From positions 1-64,000 of the IMG/VR virus record IMGVR_UViG_3300026413_000011: DNA of 64,000 nt. One strand, 5' to 3'. The position numbers and the translations under genes are program-made. Source of the stretch: an uncultured virus (IMG/VR IMGVR_UViG_3300026413_000011) (lineage: Duplodnaviria > Heunggongvirae > Uroviricota > Caudoviricetes). Shown piece by piece: positions 31,455-40,496 of this stretch; position 1 is the first letter of the stretch, and the number at the start of each line of letters is the position of its first letter. Under the pieces are notes generated by a model. It was given only the letters and a program-made list of their open reading frames with translations, was not told the DNA's origin and made no database searches.

Positions 31455-32708
31455 ATGTCGATCTGTAGTTTCGTTTCTGAACTGTTCTGGGGCAAGAAAG
31501 AACCTGTAACTCCAGCTGCGCCTGCGAAGAAACCACCAGAAACTTTCTGCCGTACCAACCGCTACCAAGAGTGGTTGGATGCGATGTCGAAGGATATCAA
31601 GAATACAAAAGCTGATCTGGTTGAGATCCATTGCTTTGACGACCCGGCACGGTATCGTGGTTTGATCCAAGGGGAAAATAATCTCGAACACAATATGCAC
31701 TTGTTCAACTGTGATACACTAGAACAAGTCACGCTGTCGGATATCTACGAGAAAGGTATCTCCAGCGGCGCGTATTACTCAACTAGTCTTATTGAGTGGG
31801 GTAGTAAATATAGCCACTTAGAACTGACTTCGTTAGAACGGAATTCGACGGAAGAGAAAGATCCGGCTACTTTCGAAGTAATCCCTCGATTCGAGAACAA
31901 ATGTACTTATCGTAAACGCAGGGGGCGGCACGACTACTATCCTTACCGCGCCCTCCCTGACTCAAGCGATTCTTGGATGTATAAGGGGCTAAGAGATACC
32001 TACGCAAGATGGGAACTGGCTAACCGTTGGAATCTGGAAAAATACATCGTTATTGGTGAACTGTCCCCCACCCGGTTATTGCTGGTGTCATTCGAGGATC
32101 GGGGACAGATAAAAAATCGTACATTCAACATGAATGTACGGTACTATGTCTACGATACCGAAGAAAAGAAAATCATCGGTGAAGCTGGACAACACGTGTG
32201 GGTCATGTTGCCGTTAATTGACCGTTACAAGAAATTCCGTTTGTTCGATGTAGCACTCGGTGACTATGTTGAACTATTTGATCCTATCCGTGTGTCGAAG
32301 CTTGCAGCTGATGAAGACCAGGGCCAGGAAGCCTACGTAGCGCTGTTAGAAGGCAAGTTGGCAAATACCTTCACTCGTCAACGGTATCGCGTCGAAGTCG
32401 ACTCAGAGATGCTCTATCGAGACGTCATCGTGGATCTGACCACGTTGTACGCGGCTGTTGCAGAACGGCTTAAGTTAGAAGGGTGTGAACTGGATGGGCG
32501 ACTATTTGTGGACAACATTCGTTACAAGCGTTTGGATGGTTCGGAGCACTCACCTAACACAGCAGGCTTTGCTACGATTGGTGCTGAGCCATATCTTCCG
32601 AAATGGGAACGCACTACACGTGACCGTTGTCAGCATACGCATGTCTGGTACTACAGTGGTCCATACATCATCACAAACGAATTGTATCCGGTGGAACCTA
32701 CTTACTAA
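31455..32708 (+). CDS. Hypothetical protein
   Basis: AAGGA SD; 417 aa. Confidence 0.8.
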   Translation: MSICSFVSELFWGKKEPVTPAAPAKKPPETFCRTNRYQEWLDAMSKDIKNTKADLVEIHCFDDPARYRGLIQGENNLEHNMHLFNCDTLEQVTLSDIYEKGISSGAYYSTSLIEWGSKYSHLELTSLERNSTEEKDPATFEVIPRFENKCTYRKRRGRHDYYPYRALPDSSDSWMYKGLRDTYARWELANRWNLEKYIVIGELSPTRLLLVSFEDRGQIKNRTFNMNVRYYVYDTEEKKIIGEAGQHVWVMLPLIDRYKKFRLFDVALGDYVELFDPIRVSKLAADEDQGQEAYVALLEGKLANTFTRQRYRVEVDSEMLYRDVIVDLTTLYAAVAERLKLEGCELDGRLFVDNIRYKRLDGSEHSPNTAGFATIGAEPYLPKWERTTRDRCQHTHVWYYSGPYIITNELYPVEPTY

Positions 32709-32735
32709 TGGCATGATTTAAACTAATTAAAAGGC

Positions 32736-32750
32736 TATATTACAATCGTG
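32736..32750 (+). promoter_or_regulatory. phiKZ-type early promoter
   Basis: ATTTAAAC...AAAGGC-TATATTAC-N5-TG. Confidence 0.8.
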
Positions 32751-32782
32751 AATATAGCCCTTTTAATAGTAAGGATTACGCC

Positions 32783-33076
32783 ATGGAATTCCCTGTTTCG
32801 CAGCACACTTCCCGTGAACGCATTGTTCAGAAAGTCTCTTACGGTGTGATGGACATCACAATCAACACTGGTCTGACTTTCCCAGCCAAGTTGGCTGAAA
32901 TCCGTCGTCAAGTTCTTGACCGTCGGACTAAGCAAGGTGAACACCCAGAAATCCTGCAATGGATTCGGGATTCGAGCAACAAAGACTTCTACGTGTTCGT
33001 ACAAGACTGCCTGAAGGATCAAAGCTCGGAAGGGCGTCCGATCCAGATGCCTCGTCTTGACGATTACGTAGTATGA
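32783..33076 (+). CDS. Hypothetical early protein
   Basis: AAGGA SD; monocistronic unit. Confidence 0.8.
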   Translation: MEFPVSQHTSRERIVQKVSYGVMDITINTGLTFPAKLAEIRRQVLDRRTKQGEHPEILQWIRDSSNKDFYVFVQDCLKDQSSEGRPIQMPRLDDYVV

Positions 33077-33088
33077 AACCCATGGCTT

Positions 33089-33116
33089 AGGCTTACCCAC
33101 AAGGTAAGCCTTTATG
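33089..33116 (+). terminator. Hairpin terminator
   Basis: AGGCTTACC-CACAA-GGTAAGCCT then TTATG. Confidence 0.7.
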
Positions 33117-33419
33117 CCGCCAGAGATCGCTATAATGGATGTACTAGAGCTGTGGAAGCTCTGCGTGCTAGAGACTGCGCGTCTCTTCCTACAAGGAGCT
33201 GAAGAACAAGAACTACGAAAAGTTGTAAAACACCTGAACATCATACTCAACACTGAGTTGGTGTTTGATCCTGCTGTCAGTCGAGCTATGGCATTGCTGG
33301 AAGCCATAACGTTCCAGATACATGCCTCGTTTGACCATCACGGAGACAGAGACATCTTGCCCTCCGCACAACGCTTAAATCTCATCCAGCTACAACTCAA
33401 AACTATCCGACGACCGTAA
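33114..33419 (+). CDS. Hypothetical protein
   Basis: About 100-aa helical ORF; start may be 33135. Confidence 0.55.
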   Translation: MPPEIAIMDVLELWKLCVLETARLFLQGAEEQELRKVVKHLNIILNTELVFDPAVSRAMALLEAITFQIHASFDHHGDRDILPSAQRLNLIQLQLKTIRRP

Positions 33420-33462
33420 CAATACGGGAGCCGGAATAATAACTCATTCCAAGGAGGTTCCC

Positions 33463-33828
33463 ATGTGCAAAGCACTTTATCTTAACCTGACCGATAGCAC
33501 TGTTGTTTATGAAGACCTGATCCCAGTTGGACAAGATGCTGAGAAGCTCAAGTTCACCCTGGTTGATCGGTTCTCTCGTAAACCTATCGATCGCTCCATG
33601 ACCATTACCGCTACTGACAAGCGCCATGAAGGCGTTGAAGTATCGTCGGTGGTAATGCATGGTGAAAATGATTCCACTCTGCAAGCTCTGTACGACTGGT
33701 GGCACAAGTGTGAGATCCATGAGATCGAACTCGAGTGGTATCACATCGACAGTGCTAAAGTGGATATCCGTGTAAAGGGTAACCCTAAGCACGTAGTGAA
33801 CTATGCGTTGAAAGTTGAACCCGTATAG
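33463..33828 (+). CDS. Hypothetical protein
   Basis: AAGGAGG SD. Confidence 0.8.
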   Translation: MCKALYLNLTDSTVVYEDLIPVGQDAEKLKFTLVDRFSRKPIDRSMTITATDKRHEGVEVSSVVMHGENDSTLQALYDWWHKCEIHEIELEWYHIDSAKVDIRVKGNPKHVVNYALKVEPV

Positions 33829-33841
33829 TTCTTCCTATTCA

Positions 33842-33900
33842 GGATGGACTCCTCTGGCCTTCGGGTTAGGGGAGTCCATCCACTACTCTTTTTATTTTTT
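33842..33900 (+). terminator. Long-stem hairpin terminator
   Basis: 18-bp stem with G-U pairs, TTCG loop, downstream T-rich tract. Confidence 0.7.
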
Positions 33901-34028
33901 ATACTCAGCTCCCCCTTAGTATAGGTGAACGACTACACTAAGAGCAAAGGAGTGGGGCTTTTTATCGTAACATGGTTGCATAGCAACATCCTTATCCTTA
34001 AAACTAACAACAACCTGGAGTAACTAAG

Positions 34029-34409
34029 TTGAACCTAGTTGCACGTATTCCCGTATTGGACGCTGGCAAAGAGTCCAAACTCCTTTTCAAAGATGGCACT
34101 GAAATTGAAAAGGTTATCAGCTGCAAGCTATTGGATGCACATGGCGAAGAAGTCAAGGATTACCTCATCTGCAACGAGGCCATTATCCCTGGCGTGTACC
34201 AACGAACGATCTATCGTAAGGGTCGTGAAGAATCTGTAAAGCTGGGTAGCCTGATGCTAGACATCGGTACTGGGCATTATTTTCTGAAGCTCGAGAACCC
34301 AATGGATCGTCCTGCCGGTGTCGATCTTCATCTCATCATCCAACCGAAGGAAAGCAAATGTACGAAATGTCAATCCGCAGATTGCCAGTCGACGATAGCA
34401 GCGGCGTGA
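34029..34409 (+). CDS. Hypothetical protein
   Basis: GGAG SD with TTG start. Confidence 0.7.
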   Translation: MNLVARIPVLDAGKESKLLFKDGTEIEKVISCKLLDAHGEEVKDYLICNEAIIPGVYQRTIYRKGREESVKLGSLMLDIGTGHYFLKLENPMDRPAGVDLHLIIQPKESKCTKCQSADCQSTIAAA

Positions 34410-34825
34410 AGCAAGTTATCGTTCAAGTTCCAATCATGGGATCTGAATGCTATCAACTGCCGGAGATGCTTGGGGTTGATGCCAGTAAGATTCAGTGGAT
34501 TACACCAGTCCAAGTGTCGGAGCAATACACAGGTATCCCAGCAAAAGGGTTTACTTTCTGCCTCCAACCAAATTGGACTGAGCGCGGTACAGCCCAGGTC
34601 GTTACTGTTGTCTACAACCTACAGAAAGTTTCGTCTGTAATGTTCGGTGGTCCACACAAACGGATCGTTACTGACAATGCTGCTCTCGATGCTATTATTC
34701 CAGTAGAACTGGGTGCGGCTATCGAACGTTGTACTATTGCTTTCCTCGTACAAATCGAGGATACCCATGAAGACGTCGATAACCCTGGATTACTCCAATC
34801 GGGGCGTTGTATCGGGACGGTCTAA
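34358..34825 (+). CDS. Hypothetical protein
   Basis: AAGGA SD; overlapping operon. Confidence 0.7.
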   Translation: MYEMSIRRLPVDDSSGVKQVIVQVPIMGSECYQLPEMLGVDASKIQWITPVQVSEQYTGIPAKGFTFCLQPNWTERGTAQVVTVVYNLQKVSSVMFGGPHKRIVTDNAALDAIIPVELGAAIERCTIAFLVQIEDTHEDVDNPGLLQSGRCIGTV

Positions 34826-35144
34826 TTCCCTGGTACACATAGGTTCACCAGATCACACGTTCATTGATGCTAATGTACTGTCGATCACACAAGGGCCACA
34901 GAACTATGAATCTGAGCTGGGTGTTTATAAAGAACCCCAGCTTGAGTTCCCCAATCGGATTGTGTTTATTTTCTTTGATCGCATCCAAAACGAGATGATT
35001 GCTGAGCTGGAAGTTGAATTACAGCTCAAGCGAATGCGTTGGATTAAACCTGTTAGCATGCGTCGGTTAACGCCTTTCCAAACCGTGTTGGAACTATCGC
35101 AAGATCCAGCTATTCCATCGCATCTATGGAGTATAGCGGTATGA
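34767..35144 (+). CDS. Hypothetical protein
   Basis: GAGGA SD before ATG 34767. Confidence 0.7.
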   Translation: MKTSITLDYSNRGVVSGRSNSLVHIGSPDHTFIDANVLSITQGPQNYESELGVYKEPQLEFPNRIVFIFFDRIQNEMIAELEVELQLKRMRWIKPVSMRRLTPFQTVLELSQDPAIPSHLWSIAV

Positions 35145-35557
35145 TAGAACTAACCATTGGTTTGTACGACGACTGCATTGGTGATCTAGGGAGTTGTGTT
35201 CGAGGCACTGAAGACAAAACCTTAGGGAAACCTTTTTGGATTACACCGGGATTGACTTTCGAAACAGATGGTCAACCGGTACATGCATTTAAAACAGTAC
35301 CCACGTTACACTCGTATGAAGGAATCAAACAATTCCAGATTTGGGATAAGCGGAGTCAGTCCAATAGGAAACTAGTGGCTACGATTACGGTAGATACAGC
35401 TAAGGACCAGTATCATGTTAAACTGGAACCTTATTACCAACGTCGTAGGTTGAACATGACTTTCCATGTACATGGCGAGTATAACCGACCTCCTGCTCCT
35501 GTGGCATTCCATAACAAAACCCATCACGGCGATTGGGTATTCGATAACACGATCTGA
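35126..35557 (+). CDS. Hypothetical protein
   Basis: ORF within the operon; start may be 35141. Confidence 0.7.
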   Translation: MEYSGMIELTIGLYDDCIGDLGSCVRGTEDKTLGKPFWITPGLTFETDGQPVHAFKTVPTLHSYEGIKQFQIWDKRSQSNRKLVATITVDTAKDQYHVKLEPYYQRRRLNMTFHVHGEYNRPPAPVAFHNKTHHGDWVFDNTI

Positions 35558-35559
35558 TT

Positions 35560-35769
35560 ATGCCTACTAAAACAGAGTTGATTGAAAAGCAACGTGAAGA
35601 TATTGATTTGCTGATCCAAACTAACGAGGATCTGGTAAAGCAAATGTCAGCGTTGCTTAAACGTGAGACCGAGATGGAAAAGCGTTTAGATACGTTGGGT
35701 CGAAAGTACGAACGATTGCTGGAAAAAGTTAATGGGCACACACGTAAAGTGGGAGTCCCTCGGAGGTAA
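35560..35769 (+). CDS. Small coiled-coil protein
   Basis: Heptad-like charged helix. Confidence 0.7.
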   Translation: MPTKTELIEKQREDIDLLIQTNEDLVKQMSALLKRETEMEKRLDTLGRKYERLLEKVNGHTRKVGVPRR

Positions 35770-36232
35770 GATGTTGCATCCTGTAGTAGCACGAAAACAT
35801 TTCGCAGATGTAGGAATCGATATCCGATCTAACACGTACATCCCAGAAGGTTCGGTTAACGCACATCTGGTGGAAAAGATCTTGATGCGTGAAGCCCGAT
35901 GGCTATCACGTAACAAAGCTGGTGTACTGGTAGGCTTCGATCCTAAAGAAGACCTCCAGATCGGTTCCCGTTTGGTATTGAATCAAAACGGTACTGTCCA
36001 AGCCACCGATGTGTTCTGGTCTAACCTACATGGCGATGAATCAACCTCTCTCACAGAACTGGTAACCACGGGCCACGATACAACTGTCGCTAAAGCTCGC
36101 GAAACACACGGCTTCATCATGTTGGGTGAAGCCTTGCGTGGCTGGGGTATGGGTTCTTCACCTGAAGGTGATGTCATTGCCCTCTGCCGTAATCACGTAG
36201 CCAGTGTCACACACATCGAACGTAACCTTTAA
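35732..36232 (+). CDS. Hypothetical protein
   Basis: GGAGG SD before ATG 35771 suggests a later start. Confidence 0.7.
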   Translation: MGTHVKWESLGGKMLHPVVARKHFADVGIDIRSNTYIPEGSVNAHLVEKILMREARWLSRNKAGVLVGFDPKEDLQIGSRLVLNQNGTVQATDVFWSNLHGDESTSLTELVTTGHDTTVAKARETHGFIMLGEALRGWGMGSSPEGDVIALCRNHVASVTHIERNL

Positions 36233-36240
36233 GGAAACAA

Positions 36241-36696
36241 ATGTCTACTATTCTTTACGTGTTGGATGAACAGCACTTTGATGCAATTGCTGCCCACTTA
36301 CCGCTGGTCAGTACACCACCAGAGTCACCACGTTGGTGCACTGGCATTGGACCTGAATGTCCGCTTTACGATTTCCTGGATAAACACCTGGAACGCATTG
36401 AACACGATCAACCGATCGATTGTGAAAAGGTCATTGCCCCAGCTGGTAAGATGTTGATGGGTGTCACCTGCGCTTGGCGTGACGACGGTGAATTCAAAAG
36501 CATGGACTGTGATCTGTTCGCCCCACACAAGGAATACGAAACTCCATTGCGTTCGATTATCGGGCAAATGTACGGGCTGGCTAACTATCTGGTAGCCCCT
36601 GCACTGCGTCCCAAAAAGACCACTGCTTTGGGCTGGCAGCTCATGACAGAGGAAGAAGGATATCGTGTATTGCGCCTGCGAGGGCTGCACGAATAA
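36241..36696 (+). CDS. Hypothetical protein
   Basis: AAGGA SD. Confidence 0.8.
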   Translation: MSTILYVLDEQHFDAIAAHLPLVSTPPESPRWCTGIGPECPLYDFLDKHLERIEHDQPIDCEKVIAPAGKMLMGVTCAWRDDGEFKSMDCDLFAPHKEYETPLRSIIGQMYGLANYLVAPALRPKKTTALGWQLMTEEEGYRVLRLRGLHE

Positions 36697-36740
36697 TGGC
36701 TTGAGTGCCATTATATTCTGATCCTTCAACATGAGGCAAC

Positions 36741-37115
36741 GTGATGCAATGTTTAACACACGTACTGAGGTCGTTGGTTCTTGTAACCGCACTTGCGGTT
36801 TCAGGCAATGCGATGGCAACAGAGACGGTTGTCGCGGATAATAACTACTGTGATAGTTTGGCCTTGATGGCTAAAGCTGGAGCAGAAGCAAAATCGCGCG
36901 GGGAGTCCCAGCAACAATGGCGCTCTAACCTTCTCTCCCTAAAGGGATACGTTGTGAAGAATAAAGATAACGTTCTTTACAGCATTCTTCCTAAAGCGGT
37001 AACAGAAGTAGATCGTGTTTATCAGGAACGTAAAACTCCGATGGATACGTATCAAACTTCATACGTCAGCTGTATGGCGAATGACTACGGCAAAACAGTC
37101 GTACTCAACTATTGA
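36741..37115 (+). CDS. Putative exported small helical protein
   Basis: Signal peptide ending AMA; two cysteines in the mature part. Confidence 0.7.
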   Translation: MMQCLTHVLRSLVLVTALAVSGNAMATETVVADNNYCDSLALMAKAGAEAKSRGESQQQWRSNLLSLKGYVVKNKDNVLYSILPKAVTEVDRVYQERKTPMDTYQTSYVSCMANDYGKTVVLNY

Positions 37116-37120
37116 TGTTT

Positions 37121-37145
37121 GGCCTTCCTTCGGGAGGGCCTTATG
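37121..37145 (+). terminator. Hairpin terminator
   Basis: GGCCTTCC-TTCG-GGAGGGCC then TTATG. Confidence 0.75.
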
Positions 37146-37164
37146 TCCCATTGGAGCAAAAGAG

Positions 37165-37338
37165 ATGTGGGCTGCTTATCTAGTTGCCTTTGTTATATTC
37201 GTATTTGGTGCGTTGATCTTCTTCGGTCCACGTGAAGAATACCTGGATGCTGATGACATCGGTCGTTCTCACAAAGACGAGAAGTTCCCTGGTTTGGTAA
37301 TGATGCTGGTGGCTATTTTAATCTGCATCTGGGTGTGA
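37165..37338 (+). CDS. Small two-TM membrane protein
   Basis: GGAG SD; two hydrophobic segments. Confidence 0.65.
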   Translation: MWAAYLVAFVIFVFGALIFFGPREEYLDADDIGRSHKDEKFPGLVMMLVAILICIWV

Positions 37339-37358
37339 AGTGCAAAAAGTTTGAAATC

Positions 37359-37373
37359 TATATCACTACTTTG
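37359..37373 (+). promoter_or_regulatory. phiKZ-type early promoter (variant TATATCAC)
   Basis: AAAGTTTGAAATC-TATATCAC-N5-TG, nearly identical context to 29514. Confidence 0.7.
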
Positions 37374-37402
37374 AATTCTAACGCTAAAATTGGAGTAAGA
37401 CA

Positions 37403-38095
37403 ATGCTGCAAGCCGCACCTGAGCTGAACATGACCCGTGCCGTAATGAACACCATGATCCAGTGGTTCATCGACATGGATATGCCACGTCGTATCCTGTT
37501 GGTTGCTGATGCCCGCATGTTTGATGTCGGTATCATGGAACCTGAAGTAAACGGGCTGTATCAGATCAAACTGAACATCGCTGCAAACGCAACCAAGAAT
37601 TTCAGCTACAATGAAGAAAACTTCAGCTTCAACTGTGGCTACAATCGTCAAGACGTTTTCGTAGAAGTTCCGTACGCTGCTGTACTGGGTTTCATCGTTC
37701 CGACTTCCGATTCGACTCAAAGCTTCCTGCCTATCCCGAATGTCGAGCGTGAACTGCTGGGTATTCAACTCCGTGAAGAACTGCAAGACCTTCTGGCCCA
37801 AAGTGGTATGCAAGGTCCGATGGGTGATATGGAAGGTGACACACTGCCCGATGGTGCTTACGCAGTGCATGGCGTAGAACCACTGACGCATGATGAAGAC
37901 GGCAATCAACTGCCGACGCTTCAAGAGTTGATGAAACGCAAGCCTCTGGCACAACGTCCTGCTGCACCTGCACCAAAAGAACAACCCAAACCACTCCTCG
38001 ACTTCGGCGACGTTGGTGGCTTCTCGCTGCCTACTCCACGTAAACGTCGTGTATGTCCGCCACACCTGCGTGTTATCCAAGGGGGTAAAGCGTGA
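37403..38095 (+). CDS. sspB: SspB-like (ClpXP adaptor/stringent starvation protein B) protein
   Basis: IKLNIAANATKNF...FSFNCGY...VEVPYAAVLG core and C-terminal PHLRVIQ resembling the ClpX-binding tail (LRVVK). Confidence 0.7.
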   Translation: MLQAAPELNMTRAVMNTMIQWFIDMDMPRRILLVADARMFDVGIMEPEVNGLYQIKLNIAANATKNFSYNEENFSFNCGYNRQDVFVEVPYAAVLGFIVPTSDSTQSFLPIPNVERELLGIQLREELQDLLAQSGMQGPMGDMEGDTLPDGAYAVHGVEPLTHDEDGNQLPTLQELMKRKPLAQRPAAPAPKEQPKPLLDFGDVGGFSLPTPRKRRVCPPHLRVIQGGKA

Positions 38096-38766
38096 ACCTG
38101 GATCGTCTGGTTCCTGCTGTACGTAAGACAGCGGTATTCGATTTCATGGCAAAGACTCCACGGTTCACACCCGTGGATCTTTACGCCCTTAACGACATGT
38201 TCTATAAGGACTTGATCTGGTGCCCTGAGGAAACTCTGGTACACTCGGAAGAGCTCCATCGAATCGTCTTCAACTTCCTTCCGGTGCACCGCCAGAATAA
38301 CGGACACCTATACCACATGGATGTTAGTACTCGTCAATATACACATGCTCCGAATATGGAGCAAGTTGGTAACGACATGGTACCGTTTGTGGACATGGTT
38401 GAACGTGGACTAATGGACCAAGTTATGGATTGGGGTCTCCGCCTTTCCAAACTCGCTGGTGCATACAGCTACGAGCAGCTCCAGCCATATGTCGATGCGA
38501 CTGTCGTGGGTGTTAATACGAACAAGGTTGGCTTCACTAACCTGCTCGAAGTAACTGTTGTACTAAATGTTCGTTATGACGTTTTCGCCCTGATGTACGA
38601 CAACGAAGAGTTCCACTGGACTCTTACAGACCAGAAGCTGGAACCAACCAAAGAAGGGGTGAACCACATATCTTCTCCCGAAGCAATTGATGCATTCTAC
38701 GAATACGTACAAGCTGCCGGTGAAAACTGGGACAGTGTCGTTACAATCCAACCTGGGCTTAACTGA
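38092..38766 (+). CDS. Hypothetical protein
   Basis: Translationally coupled on both sides. Confidence 0.75.
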   Translation: MNLDRLVPAVRKTAVFDFMAKTPRFTPVDLYALNDMFYKDLIWCPEETLVHSEELHRIVFNFLPVHRQNNGHLYHMDVSTRQYTHAPNMEQVGNDMVPFVDMVERGLMDQVMDWGLRLSKLAGAYSYEQLQPYVDATVVGVNTNKVGFTNLLEVTVVLNVRYDVFALMYDNEEFHWTLTDQKLEPTKEGVNHISSPEAIDAFYEYVQAAGENWDSVVTIQPGLN

Positions 38767-40142
38767 TGATTGTTAATGAGGTTTTGTCGTTCTTCCATAA
38801 TACCCTCGAATTGCTGAGTTCTGGCGATTCGACGGTTAAAGGTTTTATGACCTTGGGTCTGATGGGCGTATTAGGTTGGTTCGGTCGAACTATCCCGCAG
38901 ACCATCTGGAACTTCATTCGTCGTAACACCGTGGCATCGATGACGTTTACCCGTGCTGGGTCGTACTCGATGGACCTGCATAACTACGCTGAGTTTATGA
39001 AGTGGTTTGCTCGCACCAAGTGGGCGAAGTACGATCGTAACCGGCGTGTAACGTTTGATCGTGACGATCCTGCATTCGGTCCGGGTATGGGATTCCACTG
39101 GTTCTTCTTTGAAGGGCGTTACTTCTGGTTCAATGTACAACGCCTGGCATCTTCAGGTACGGACATTGAAAAAGAAGAGTTCACTCTTTATACGTTCGGT
39201 CGTAGTACAGAACCATTCGAACGACTGGTAGAAGAGTTCCGCATCAAGAAAGATAAAAATGCTGTGCGGATCTATGCTCCAGAAGAAGGTCGTTGGTCTA
39301 TCACGGGTAAGCTCAAGCTGAACCAAGGTGAGATTCTCGTAATCGATCCAACCGTTGAGGAAGAGTTCTTCGGTTCGATTCAGCGATTCATCGACAACGA
39401 ACAGTGGTACCGTAAGCGTGGTCGTGCGTACAAACACACCGTGATTCTCGAAGGTCCACCTGGTACGGGTAAAACCTCGTTAATTAAAGCTGCGGCTCGT
39501 AGATTCAAACGAGACGTACACTTCATTAACTTGGCTACCGATGGTCGTGCATTGCAGAAACTGATCTCCCAGCTTTCGCCTGGGGACATGCTCTGCATTG
39601 AAGACTTCGATGACGTTAAGTCGCTGCACCGTCGTGTAGCAGCTGAACCGACTGAGAAGCGTCTCGAAATGGGTGATGATGGCATCGCTAAAGAACTGGC
39701 CTTCATGGACTGTGATATTCAGCTGTCCACGTTCCTCAACATCTTGCAGGGTGTAGTGGAACTCGAAGACCTGATCATCGTGATGACCACCAACCACATC
39801 GAGAAGATCGACCCAGCTGTATATCGTCCTTCTCGTGTGGATAAAAACATCCACGTACCATTCTTGAAAGACGCTGAAGTTAAGCGCTACATCGATGCGA
39901 TGTATGATAATCCTACTTACGACCGTAATGTAATGTTCCCGGATACGGCGGCTGCAGTATTGTCCGGCCTGTTTACGGAACATCCACATGACGCCAGTGC
40001 GTTCATCGAACATCTCGGTACTCTCAGCGACAGCTATATCGCTGAGAACTACGCATTGAGACCAGAACCTGCCCCAGTAAAGAAAGCACCCGCTAAACGT
40101 GGTGCGGTACCAATTGAAGCTGTGGGCGAACCAGCTGTGTAA
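38766..40142 (+). CDS. Membrane-anchored AAA+ ATPase, Bcs1-like
   Basis: N-terminal TM; GPPGTGKT, CIEDFD, MTTNH..IDPA..RPSRVD. Confidence 0.85.
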   Translation: MIVNEVLSFFHNTLELLSSGDSTVKGFMTLGLMGVLGWFGRTIPQTIWNFIRRNTVASMTFTRAGSYSMDLHNYAEFMKWFARTKWAKYDRNRRVTFDRDDPAFGPGMGFHWFFFEGRYFWFNVQRLASSGTDIEKEEFTLYTFGRSTEPFERLVEEFRIKKDKNAVRIYAPEEGRWSITGKLKLNQGEILVIDPTVEEEFFGSIQRFIDNEQWYRKRGRAYKHTVILEGPPGTGKTSLIKAAARRFKRDVHFINLATDGRALQKLISQLSPGDMLCIEDFDDVKSLHRRVAAEPTEKRLEMGDDGIAKELAFMDCDIQLSTFLNILQGVVELEDLIIVMTTNHIEKIDPAVYRPSRVDKNIHVPFLKDAEVKRYIDAMYDNPTYDRNVMFPDTAAAVLSGLFTEHPHDASAFIEHLGTLSDSYIAENYALRPEPAPVKKAPAKRGAVPIEAVGEPAV

Positions 40143-40151
40143 GAGGATATC

Positions 40152-40496
40152 ATGGAACCAAAACTGCATCACTTTTTCCGCGTACTGCCTGATGAAATGA
40201 CTTACCACAAAGATCGCTTCTTTGTTACTGAAGGAGCGAAAGTGGTTTCGGTTAAGTTCGTTGCTGCTTATCATGGCGAACATGTACTCACGAACGAAGT
40301 TGAAGTTATCGCTCGTGGTGTTGAACTTGGCAAGGTTGCACGTTTCCTGGTACGCTGTGGTGATCAGGAAACAGATCTGGTTATGGATCTGGAGACTTGC
40401 CGGTACGAAGCTGATAGCAACATCAAAACGAAGCTCGGTGATGTCGAGTTGCTTTTCGATGCCGACTTTGCAATGGAACAAAAGGAAGCTGCATGA
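40152..40496 (+). CDS. Hypothetical protein
   Basis: GAGGA SD; coupled to the next gene. Confidence 0.75.
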   Translation: MEPKLHHFFRVLPDEMTYHKDRFFVTEGAKVVSVKFVAAYHGEHVLTNEVEVIARGVELGKVARFLVRCGDQETDLVMDLETCRYEADSNIKTKLGDVELLFDADFAMEQKEAA

